64,000 bases of DNA from positions 17,286,754 through 17,350,753 of the forward strand of contig OZ316896.1 of NCBI GenBank assembly GCA_973895155.1, read 5' to 3'. Numbering within the stretch: the first letter of the stretch is position 1; each line of letters starts with the position of its first letter. Below are positions 1 through 10,898 of this stretch, piece by piece. A program made the position numbers and the translations under genes. This stretch comes from Marsupella aquatica. Taxonomy: Eukaryota > Plantae > Marchantiophyta. A model generated the notes under the pieces. That model had not been told where the DNA came from. It searched no databases and worked only from the letters and a program-made list of their open reading frames with translations.

Positions 1-349
1 GGGATAGCTACAAAAAGCTGTTGGGGGAGTCACTTGCAATCCAAAACAAGTATTTTCATACTATTTCTGACTGGATTCTACAGAAAATTAGAGAACATTC
101 TTTATTTCATATTTTTATAAAGTAAAATTATAGGTGATTGAACATTAATATAAATCTTTATTGAATATTCTGTGTATAATATAAGCTGTTTTCATTGGTC
201 AAGATTGCACTTGGTAAATCAAAACATACACTAACCTCCTTACTAATTACCCCAGCGGCGCAAGTACTCTAGTTGGGAAAATGCATGGCTTGACATTTTG
301 TCTCTATCATACCTATTAAAGTTTTTAAAATAATTTATACATACATATA

Positions 350-570
350 CATGATTGGCGCTAAGAACACGCTCAGAAAGGGCACTGTTGCAAAAAAGTT
401 AAAGGAGAAGATTTCCATGACAAAGACAAATCATGATTGGTGGAGACTTAAACCCATGAGCACTCTAACCAATGAGTACTTAGCCCAATTAAAACCCAGC
501 TTACCGTACTCCTCCTATCCAGAATGATGCAGGGTGACTAACATAGGTATCTATCCAAGAATTTCTGGGT
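350..570. repeat. Dispersed repeat, copy A (diverged copy B at ~1779-2010)
   Basis: Both copies share catgattgg(c/g)gctaagaaca..tcagaa..gg..ctg.tgcaaaaaag, gattggtggagac, agcccaattaaaa and tatccagaatgatgca.ggtgactaaa. Confidence 0.75.
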
Positions 571-896
571 CGTTGCCTAAAGTCTTGAATACTTGTTTTC
601 AACTCCAGACTCCCCACGCAGATCCCTACTCAGAAGCATAATTTAAATATCAAAATTCCTGTTACCAATGAAATTAGGGGCAATGGTTTGACTCCGAGGA
701 GTGGAACATGGACTACGACTCTGACCAAATTTTATAATATGGATGCAATTCCTATGAAAATTCACAGGAGCAAATGTGCAGTGAACTTTGCAAAGATCAA
801 GACCCAGGAACTGCATGATAGGTGGAGAAAACCCGCAAAGAGCACAAAAACCAAACAAAGAATCAATCTATTCAACTATCTAAAAATTAAGTTCAA

Positions 897-1389
897 TAGG
901 TTTTTACTTACTTGTCCCCCTAATTACCTGATATTACTAATGTGGCCCCCAAACAAAATTATTTATCACCCAGCCCCCATTTAGTGTTTGGGTCAGTATA
1001 ACTTGTATATGGGTTCCGGTTGCCTTGTGGTCAGCTTGCTACTGGGTGGCCTTAACCCGCCGCGGCCCCCCTTCCCTGCTGTGTTTTCCTGGGTAAAATC
1101 AAGGTCCAATACTGTTGGATTTTTGTGAGGGGAGTGTAGAGCAAAAAATGAAATGTTTTTTTCACTCCAGGACCTGCAACTATGCCCTCCAATGGGGAAG
1201 GGGAAGGGAGGCCGAGGGGGTCATGACTGTTAAGGCTAGCCAATAGTGTCTTGCCACATGGCAACGGGAACCAGTATTCAAGTAAATACTAACCCGGATA
1301 CAAAATGGGGGGCAAGTTGATAAATACTTTTGTTTAGGAGGCAGGTTATTAATATCAGGTGTTTTGGCAGACAGGTTAATAAAAAGCTG
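897..1389. mobile_element. Mutator-like MITE / non-autonomous MULE with ~110-bp terminal inverted repeats
   Basis: 897-1005 (taggtttttacttacttgtcccc...gggtcagtataacttg) is an imperfect reverse complement of ~1279-1389. The element is flanked by the direct repeat TTAAGTTCAA at 887-896 and 1390-1399, a 10-bp TSD. Long TIRs with a 9-11 bp TSD are typical of Mutator elements. Confidence 0.85.
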
Positions 1390-1778
1390 TTAAGTTCAAT
1401 GCCGACCCAAGTTGTTTTACTCCATTTTCTTCTGCTGCCTATAATGTGTAATTATATGGATAATGTACTTCCACTTATTGTTATTGTGAAAATGTATATT
1501 TTTGAGATTTTATCACTACTAGATTGATTGCCTGTTCTTTGAACATAAATAGAGGTGTGTACATTGGAGCTTGTTGCCCATTGATTCCGCAGATTCGGGT
1601 TCAATTGGCCCTTGTTAGACATCCACTTTGCACCATCTACCCATTTCACACACACACACAACTTTGGTTACACATGAGAGTCATGAACGAGTCAGATGTT
1701 TTACTGTAGGTCTTGAAGAGTAGATTCATGTCCCTATTTATATAACTAGATGATACCCAAGTGTATCGTATATTGGAC

Positions 1779-2010
1779 ATGATTGGGGCTAAGAACATGG
1801 TCAGAAGAGGGCCTGATGCAAAAAAGCTGATTGTGGAAAATTTATATATCCAGGAAAAATCAGGATTGGTGGAGACAGGAGGAATGAGGAGTATTCAGTG
1901 GTTCAGAACAAGATCTCCATAAGCCCTCATTGGTTTAAAGGTAAGCCCAATTAAAATCAAGCTTGCCATCCTTTCCTTTATCCAGAATGATGCAAGGTGA
2001 CTAAAACAAA
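1779..2010. repeat. Dispersed repeat, copy B (diverged copy A at ~350-570)
   Basis: Same motif blocks as 350-570. Preceded by aACTAGatgatacc at ~1745, which resembles a Helitron 3' end on the minus strand. Confidence 0.7.
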
Positions 2011-2358
2011 GATCTAGTTTTTTGGATTTTTATCGCACATGCTGAACAGTGGATACTGCTTTTATTTTATGTTTTCACTCTAAGCATTGTTGGCTTTCAC
2101 ACACACACACCCCCCCCCTCTTTCTTTTCTTTTTCTATTTGTGAACTTGGTCTCGTACATAAAATCATGTTATTTTCAGAATCACTTGATCATGTGTTGT
2201 CAAGTCATAATCGGTCTTCTATTGGGCCTATTATTCATCTGCCACACTAGCATCATCTACATCCTCTTCTATATCCCTATAAACTCCCATGGCAAGTGAA
2301 TTGTCATCTCTGCTACGTTGCTTGCTTGATTCAACAATGTACCTCATCATGGTCGTCC

Positions 2359-3690
2359 TCATTTGCTAAGCCAGCACTCTAATGAGCTCCTCCATATCAA
2401 TGGTACTCTACTAACTTCAACATTTGCATCTTTCCATGTAAGGAGCTGACCAAGATTTGACAAAAAATTTACTGCTCTCCATGGTTTGCACTTCATTGAC
2501 AAGTGAGGGCTGGCCCACCAAACTGAGTACATTTTTTGCATTACATCTGTGTGTTACTTACATCCCGTTATACCAATTGCAAAATGGGAAATGGGGAATG
2601 GTTTTGAGCTATTAGATATTTTGTAGACATTTTTCTAACCATTGGATGCAGCCTAAATGTAAGCCTACATGCTGTCTGCGACAAATATTGTAGGGAATCC
2701 TAGCTCACGCCAATCTCCATCTTGTGCCTACATCCTACATCTTCTTGATCAGCTGGAGTCTCCACATACTCCGCTCTCCCTTGTTTTCTCCTCCCTTAGG
2801 AAGACTCATTTGTCACTGTGATACAATAGATTCTTTAATACGCAATTCAATAATTCCTCATTGATTTTCAAGAGCCCAATCACACTCAGATGTCAAAATT
2901 TGTCTCCATACTCATGATCCAACGAATCTTCATAGAACTTGATTGCCTCAGCATGCTGTTCAGAAAGTGTACTAGATGCAAATGGATAAGAAATCATATG
3001 TCTGTCAATCCGTTCTGTCCCAATATGGGCCCATTCTTCCACAATGGCTAGAAAATGGATCATGTCTTGGAGAAAATTACATGCTTCAGTTGCTTGCTCA
3101 TCAAGTTTTTCACAACTTTTTTCTATCTGTGATACTCCTTCTTCCATAAATTCCTACATTAACTCCTTCATTTTAGCAATCAAAGCATTCTAAATGTCAC
3201 TCTTACTTGCAGGAGAGTCAGGATAAAGAAGATATCTGATAGTTTGAGAGAACATACCAAAAAGTAAAATTTCCCAGACTCTCTTCCTATCTTGTCCATG
3301 AATCTGCAGTACATACCTAAACACATGCACTATGCTCTCATACACACGTCTATGAACTGCCATTCCTACAGAAGCTTTCAGCAATTCAATGAATTTGCTT
3401 TCAACCAATTTCAATGCTTATGAGAAAATAACTGTCCTGGATGTATTCAAAGCATAATTTGTCTTTGCTTGAAATTTGCCCAATCAAATGTACCTGGTCC
3501 TTGACCAGGTTTTAGTAACAGAGTTGGTCTTCCTTCCACTTTTGGATCCCACAATGTCAGTTTTTCTTGTGACAAAGAAACACACTCAGAATTCATGTCA
3601 GAAAAAGGAAGCAACCAAAAGATCTTGGCTCTCACCTTTAGAATTTTATCACATGCAATTCCTACAGAAATTCACAATAGCAAATACTAT
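2359..3690 (-). pseudogene. Decayed reading frame of unknown family, probably transposon-derived
   Basis: ORF pieces 3190-3414, 2893-3147 and 2359-2541 are in the same frame and separated by in-frame stops. 3447-3635 joins by a frameshift. The translations look protein-like and the DNA is CpG-poor. I recognise no family. Confidence 0.5.
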
Positions 3691-6600
3691 TCAATAGCAA
3701 TAGCAAATGGTGTTATCTTATTGGGGATTTTCTTGGTGTATTTCTGTTTCACACTGTCTTTAGACAAGGTGCATCTTACATATGATCGATTAGAGTTTAA
3801 AATTATTTTGCCCCCGTTCAATGTTTATATTTTCATCTCCTATTACCCCTATCTTGCCAGGTTTTTACAATAAAATGTTTATTTTATCCCTTTATTCAAA
3901 TAATATTTCATTGACATTTCATACACTCAGGATCTTTTATCAAGAATGTGAGAAAGAAAGGCTTCAATATCTTATTTATAAAACACCAACTACAAGTTAG
4001 AGTTGGGATCTAGGTTTCTAGAGTGAAGTCTCTAGACTGTAACTCCATGGCTCATGGCTCATCATGTGTATAAAAAACTCATGACTATAATGTATATCAA
4101 ATGATAATCATGTATATCCTTTGTCATCATTTCTATTCATATTAAAAATGAGCTCCATGGCCCCATCATAACATGTGAGCATATAAAGAAGGATGTGCAT
4201 AGAAAAGAGTATGATATGTTATGTATAATTATCATTTCATTAACCTTCAAACAAATGTGAATAAGGAATATAAATATTTTGGTGACATTTTTATTGTCCT
4301 TAGCGTCCAAAGAATGGGTAGTGGGGCTAGTAAATATATAATACCAACCCCTCCTCTTTAACTACACCTCACATTTTTGTTTATTAGTTTAATATGGTGT
4401 TGAGTGACTTAGGTGGCACTAACCAAAGTCATCATGATTGTGAGAAGTACATGAAAGGCTCATTGCTTTTTGAAAGGGATTCATAATCATTTAGAAGTTA
4501 AACAGTTATCTACTAGAAAATTGACACTTGGGGATGCCTTTGAAAGTGAGGCAGGCACTGTGCATGCCATGAGAGTGAATTTTTGAGTAGAGTAGACAAG
4601 CTACTTTACTTGTTCTATGGCTGAACACTTTCTCCCTATCTTGTCTTATTAGAAGAGATGGTAAAGTATTTATATTTACATATGGTCTAGTCTATGCTTT
4701 CACTTTGTATTAATTAGAATTTAGCTATTTATCCTACCCCTCTAATTTTTAAATTCCTTAGTTTTTATTTGACATGTTAGAAATATATATTTATACAATA
4801 AAGTTTAATTTTTTACATAATAGTTTTTTCTAAATATCTACATTATTAGGTGACAAGGTTTACCTCACCAGGCTCAACATGCACACAACCAAACCATGCA
4901 CTGTAACTTATATATTCATTGGTAAATTTTTTACAATGTTTATGTTTTATACATTAATATATGTGTCACCTAATAGAGATATTCTCAAACTAGAGTCTAA
5001 AAGTAGAATACAAAATTAGTGTATTCTTTTTCAATCACATATACTATACCCCTAATGTACTTGTCTGTCACCCAAAACGTTCGGTATCTCTCCTCATTTT
5101 ACAGCGGATTTTAAAGGTGTGCAATTCTATTTCTTTTACTTTAACTTGTTTTATAGGATATTAATGGAATTTATTATCAATAAGTTAAAATGGTCTTAGA
5201 ATGGGCCAGCTATATGGCTATAGTCACATCTTTAGTTCTCGTAAAGAAAATTGTCATGCTGATTAGATAGAGAGTACTAAAAGCTTTTATTACCATTTGG
5301 AAAAAAGTTGTTTAAAGTTGGAGCAACCATATAGTAAGCTTTTGAAGATCAAAACCCAGGAAAGTGCACGATAGAAGGAAAAGGAACCCCCCCCCCATCT
5401 CGCCCAAGATCTCAGAAACCAAACTAAAAATCAATCTATCCACAATCTAGAAAATCAAGTTGAATTCCCACCTAGAGAGTTCTACACTTGCATATAACAT
5501 GGGTTCTGTGCCTAACGGCTTTGGGTTGTCAAATATATTGTGTCCACAACATCTTGTAGTTGTAGGAATTAGTTCGTGGACCCTTTGGCTAATAAAATCA
5601 GGGGGAAGAGTCGATCTGAGCCGTCTCCATTTCTTATCTCCAGAAATCTTGTCCGTCCATCATAATGGCCAATCTATGGCTCAAAAGAAAGATCTCAAAT
5701 AGATCTATGGATGGGTTCTGTCCGTTTTGCAAATGGGTTCATATTTTTCAAATGAAAATTAAACAAATCCAAGCCTTCCTAGTCGTCGATTTTGTTGATT
5801 TTACAATTTTGCCGTCCATTTTGTAATGCCTCTAGAAATCTTATTCATCCATGTTAGAAGGCGATCTAGGGTGCAAAAGAAAGATCTCAATGAGATCTAC
5901 GATTGAGTATTTTTTGTTTTGAGAACGAGTAAATAGTTTTGATTATAAAATTCGATGAACTTTCAAGATTCCAGCCATTCCTCCTCCCCGATCCTGGGTT
6001 TCTATGTGCTCTTCCCAGCATTAATGGCCGTACAATATGAGAGGTCGTTACATACCAGGAGTTGTGGTTTAACAAGGAAGTTATCAAGTTAGTTATTAGT
6101 CATTATTTATTATATGAAAAATACTTTTTATAAATCTTTGAATTTAAGTTTTAAAATTGAAAATATAACTAAACCGGTTACATAGTGACAGTTTTAACCG
6201 TCTTACTCTTTGCATTTCTAATGTTTTTACTTTTCTTTTTATGGCACGGCGTCCCAAAATTTACACCCAAATTGACATAAACACGATGAAAATTATAAGT
6301 TTGATTCACAAAATCGATGAGTCTTGTTTGTTGCTGTTGTTGTTGACGTGGCACGCTATGGTGCCAGGAATTTTGGAAGGGACCTCTAGTGGGATCCGTA
6401 ATGAAACAGAAAATTATAAATATATAAAATAAGGGTTTTCCTTGTCTGAAATTCTTATATTCTTATAAGCTAAATTCCCCTTAAAAAAAATTTAAAAGGT
6501 AAATTTCCCTTTAAAACACACAAAAACAATCTAAAAAGGGAACCTGTTTGCAATTGGCCGTTTGCCACCTTAGCCTATCCATGACTATGCTATGAGGAAA

Positions 6601-7624
6601 AGACGTTTCTTCTCTTACAAAAGTCAGCCATGAAATTTGTACTTCGAGGACTGTACCTGAAAATAATATCCCCGAATATTCAGCAGAGTAACAAAGGAAG
6701 GAATGGAAATGCCTGTGGATATACCCAACATGATAAGCATATAGTTATTGGAAAAGAGTCCAAAGAAGTAATATTCTCAAAGCGCTGAGGTGTATAATTA
6801 TGGCCGTGAGAGAAAGATGAATCAGAGGAGATCCTTAATATCTCAGTTGCAATCCTACTACCCCCTAGCCTCCATTCCAACAAAAGGGTCCCATTTCACT
6901 GAAAATACTATTCCAAAATAGTAGCACCACTGCCCCCCCCCCCCAACAACCTAAGTGTAGAAAATCACCAAAGACAAAACTGTCTAAAGAATTAATTAGT
7001 ATAAACAATCAGAAAACTCTAGGAATTCAGTACAAATACCTAAAACAAATTCTAGAAAAATGAAGAAGAATAGCCAATAAATAATCTTGTTATACCATTA
7101 GATCAAAAGTGGCCAAAAAACTGTTAGAAATATGTAGAAAGTGACTAGAAACATGTTGAATGTGACAGGAAAAATGAAGGCATGAGTTGCTTAATCCATG
7201 TCTGGTACTCCCAGACCGAGTAGGTAGTGTGAGTTGCTACCATTTATCAATTTGTTTTACTTGCCCTGATTTCGGGATTTGTAAGTTTTGGTGCTTCATG
7301 GCAAAGAATGCACAGTCCAGATTTTGGTTGCAACATTATGAACAAATTCCTCAATTTTCACTGTTTATTAAAAAATCTTCTAGGTCTAAAAGTGTATCAA
7401 GGCCTAGTTACATGGACATTGCGGACAATAACAGCTCCTCAAAACTTGACCTATATCCTTCATTTTTGGGGGTGGTATGACCCACAATGCCCTGCTAGGA
7501 GTGCATTACCTCATACAAAATGATCTTACTACAGGAGTTGGTTTAATTCCTAATGTGTTCTGTTTCTGGAGGCAAGACATTTTTGCGAGCAGGTTTAATG
7601 CATTGTGCACCATGTAATGTAATA

Positions 7625-7804
7625 TGAGGTATTTGCTTGATCGACCCCCAAAATGAATCTTGTTATTTGATCGACCTCCTGAGGTCTATGAACGGCCCAG
7701 ATCTGAGATCGAAAGATCCATCAATGGTCCAGATTGGGGAAAGTATCGAGGGGGTTGATTAAGCAAACTTTTTTCCAGAAGCAGGTCTACTAAGTATGTC
7801 CCTC
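7625..7804. mobile_element. ~180-bp MITE (Mutator-like), copy 1
   Basis: Imperfect TIRs (gaggtatttgcttgatcgacccc / ggtctactaagtatgtccctc) and a 9-bp TSD AATGTAATA at 7616-7624 and 7805-7813. A homologous copy lies at 40724-40904. Confidence 0.85.
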
Positions 7805-9119
7805 AATGTAATAGTGTAAGTAAAGGAATTGATGGTCAAATGGACGGCACTGTAAATCTATGTCAGATAGACCAAGCAGCTATTGAACCCAAAAGCCATT
7901 GAAACCCAAAAGCCATTGAAACCAAGGAAATAGACTATTTAAATTCAAATCAATGTTAGAAAACAGTCTTAGCAATATCTTAGTGGTCCATCCAAGTTGT
8001 TTGTCAGACTTAGTGGTCCATTCAAACTTCTTTTTCATTAACTATATAGAATATGGAAACGACAAAAATATAAAAGTCCTCTGTCTTGAATGCACATCCC
8101 AGCCCGAACGTTCTCAAACCGTCTCGTTCGTGCATATTCAAGCTTGCAGCCCACGTTTTTTTCAACGGCGCACTATCACAATAACAATAATAACAACAAA
8201 AACAAAAACAAAACAATTACGACGTCATACAAAATCCGCTTAGGCCCGCGATTCACCACCCCTGCCGCCTGGCTGGCCCGCGATCAGGTCTCGTCCAGTC
8301 ACCACCATATCGCTGTTTGCAACCTGAGAACACCGCTTTATCGGCGTTTAACGCATTTCCGTGACTAGCCCCGCGATGGTTTGCGCGGGCGAGAGGAGCG
8401 CTGTAGCGGATGAGAGGAAGGTGCAAGCGGATGAGATGTGGCCACGAGCGACACTGGGCGAGACCTCACTTCGTGGCTATGGCGTCTCGACGCAATTCGT
8501 CGATTTGTTTCGTTCACATGATCAGCAGCAGCAGCAGCAAGCAGGTGGAGAAGAAGCGGAGCATTGCTGCGGTGACATTGAGTGATTGAGTCATTACGCG
8601 TCGTCGTCGTTGCTCTGACAACCACATTGGCGGTTCGCTCTCTCTCGCGGGAGGTCAGCGAGGCGGTGGATGAATCGAATTGTGGTGGCGGTGATGTGGC
8701 TTTTGGGTGGACTAGAGCTCGCTTTCGGCGTGAGAATTTGAGAAGTGGGAGAGGAAGGGGACTTAATTGTGAATCCAATCGCCCTGGGTGCCGGGCATTT
8801 ATTGCGGAGGAGGGGGGGAGAGACGAGGTTTGATCGTTTTTGCTCAGACGAGCACATTGGCTCTTGCTCGCGGAGGTGGGTGGAGGGAAGGGAGGGGATT
8901 CTTGCTCTTGGAGGGCTGGAGATTTGCTGCTGAGAGAGAGGGGGGGCTCAAATCGAACGCACGTGGGTGCCGAGAAGGGATTGATTGCAGAGGAGATATA
9001 GCGGGAAAGCCGCGGAGAAGCCTGTGGAGAAGAGGATTTTGTATCCGAGACTCGACTGGGGACCTGAGGTTGAATTTGTGGGTGGTTAGGAGCTTTGGCG
9101 TAGTTGGATTGGAGGTAGA

Positions 9120-9125
<6 letters not shown>

Positions 9126-9167
<42 letters not shown>
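9126..9167 (+). repeat. (AG)n microsatellite in the 5' leader of the DUF2358 gene
   Basis: About 20 perfect AG units ending ~55 nt upstream of the ATG at 9223. Confidence 0.95.
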
Positions 9168-9168
<1 letters not shown>

Positions 9169-9222
9169 CTTCTGGTGGATTGGATGGCTTGAGAATTGGG
9201 GTTTTACGGTGTGTTTTCATCG

Positions 9223-10898
9223 ATGGCCTTGACTGTGTCTTTCGGCTCGGATTCTGCCCTGCACTCCAACCTTGCGTCGTTCTCATCTCCAGCAAGTGGT
9301 GGTGATTCCGCTGGCTGTAGTGATGTTAGTTGCTCCGTGACTTTGCCGCAGCGGCGATTAGGGCGGAAGGGCAAGGAGAAATGTTCGGCGATTAGGGCCA
9401 GAAAGGTCGACGGTCTGTCGGACTTATCGTACCCGTCGTCGTCCAGGCATCTCATCAACTCGCCTAAACCGTCATGCGCCTCCAGGTACTTCACCATTCT
9501 CACCTTTTCTCCCCTCTCGTCGGTGTGATTGGTCGTTTTTCGCCTTGCGATGTGGATTCTGTGAGGATGAGAGGAAGCTGCGGCGTCTGAATTGAGCGGG
9601 ATGTCTTACTGCTTCGTTTATGTTTTGCTTTGCAGGAGAGTTCACTGCTCAGCGGAATCGAAGACGTTGATGACAGTGGAAGTTAGCGATGACGGTCTAG
9701 AGAAGTCTGTGTTCCGCCCACCTACAGGTTGGCCTTTCTCTGCGGTTGGGACACCGGATTTTCATCTTTTAGGAAAGAGGAACAAAGGTACGGTCACGCT
9801 GCCCGATCCTGCGGTGATTCTGGAACAGGAGCAGGAGCAAGCAGGGGTTTCCAATGCGTTTGATGGCAGCGAAGAGAGTCCGAGTGGGAACCTTTACCGC
9901 CACTGGATTGCCACGGAGTTTAGTGCCGCAGTGCATTCTGGATCGCCTCCTCCAAAGCAGAAGCAGGAAAATTCTGAGCGGGACAACTACTACGTGAACA
10001 CCGGATACGCCATCCGCACTCTAAGGGAGGAGTTGCCCAACATGTTCTACAAGAAGCTGAACTTCGACATTTACAGGTATTGCCAACCTTGCCAGGTGGA
10101 TGTATAGCACTAGGATTTCGTAACCACGTCTTGCAGTCGGCAGAGAAACGATTCTCGTTCCAACTCACGAAGAGAATTGGCTTTGGAACGTCGAGAAATT
10201 TAATATGGATACTTGTTCAATTGTCCTACTAGCTGACCAGGAGATGATCTGATGATAACCATTACGTTCGGTAATTAGGACTGACATTGACCAATACATG
10301 GATGGATGGAATTGTGTTTGTGACTGGTGAATAATTGATTTCTAATTCGAGCGGGTTTTCGTGTTTGGTGATGTGCAGAGATGACATTACATTTCGGGAT
10401 CCGATGAACGTTTTTTCTGGGATCGACAATTACAAGCTGATATTCTGGGCTCTCCGGTTCCATGGACGTATTTTCTTCAAAGCTCTTTGGGTCGACATAG
10501 GGCGCGTTTGGCAACCTCATGACAAAGTGATCATGGTTCGGTGGACTGTCCGTGGGGTTCCTCGAGTTCCGTGGGAAGCACAAGGCCAATTTGAGGGTAC
10601 GTCAGAGTACAAGCTAGACAAAGATGGGAAGATATATGAGCACAAAGTGGACAATGTGATTTTCAACTCGCCTCCGACTCAAAAGTATAAAGCAATTAGT
10701 TTAGCAGATCTTGTAAGAGTAGAAGGGGCTCGTACCACTCCAACTCCTTCCTTCTATGCCCAAGCTTCAAAAGTCTTTGCCATATTGTTCCCCTACATGC
10801 AGCAGTTTACGTGGGTTCGTTTTTATTGGGCGCTGACAAGCACCCTGGCTTTGAACAATGCAGGAGAAGCTTGTAGTGAGCTTGGCCTCAATGCTTAA
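9223..10898 (+). CDS. DUF2358 / SnoaL-like (NTF2-like fold) protein, probably plastid-targeted
   Basis: Exons 9223-9485, 9636-10076 and 10379-10898 have GT-AG introns and join in frame. Family motifs YYVNTGYAIRTLREELP..FDIYRDDITFRDP.N.F.GIDNYK.IFWALRFHGRIFF..WTVRGVPRVPWEAQG.F.GTSEYKLDKDGKIYEHKVDN are present. The N-terminus is Ser-rich like a transit peptide. Confidence 0.9.

Noticed and set aside
8361-9200. Cluster of 60-137 aa ORFs on both strands upstream of the DUF2358 gene
   Set aside because: This is GC/GA-rich leader or promoter sequence with low-complexity translations (ERERER, SLSLSL), mostly non-ATG starts and no family motifs.
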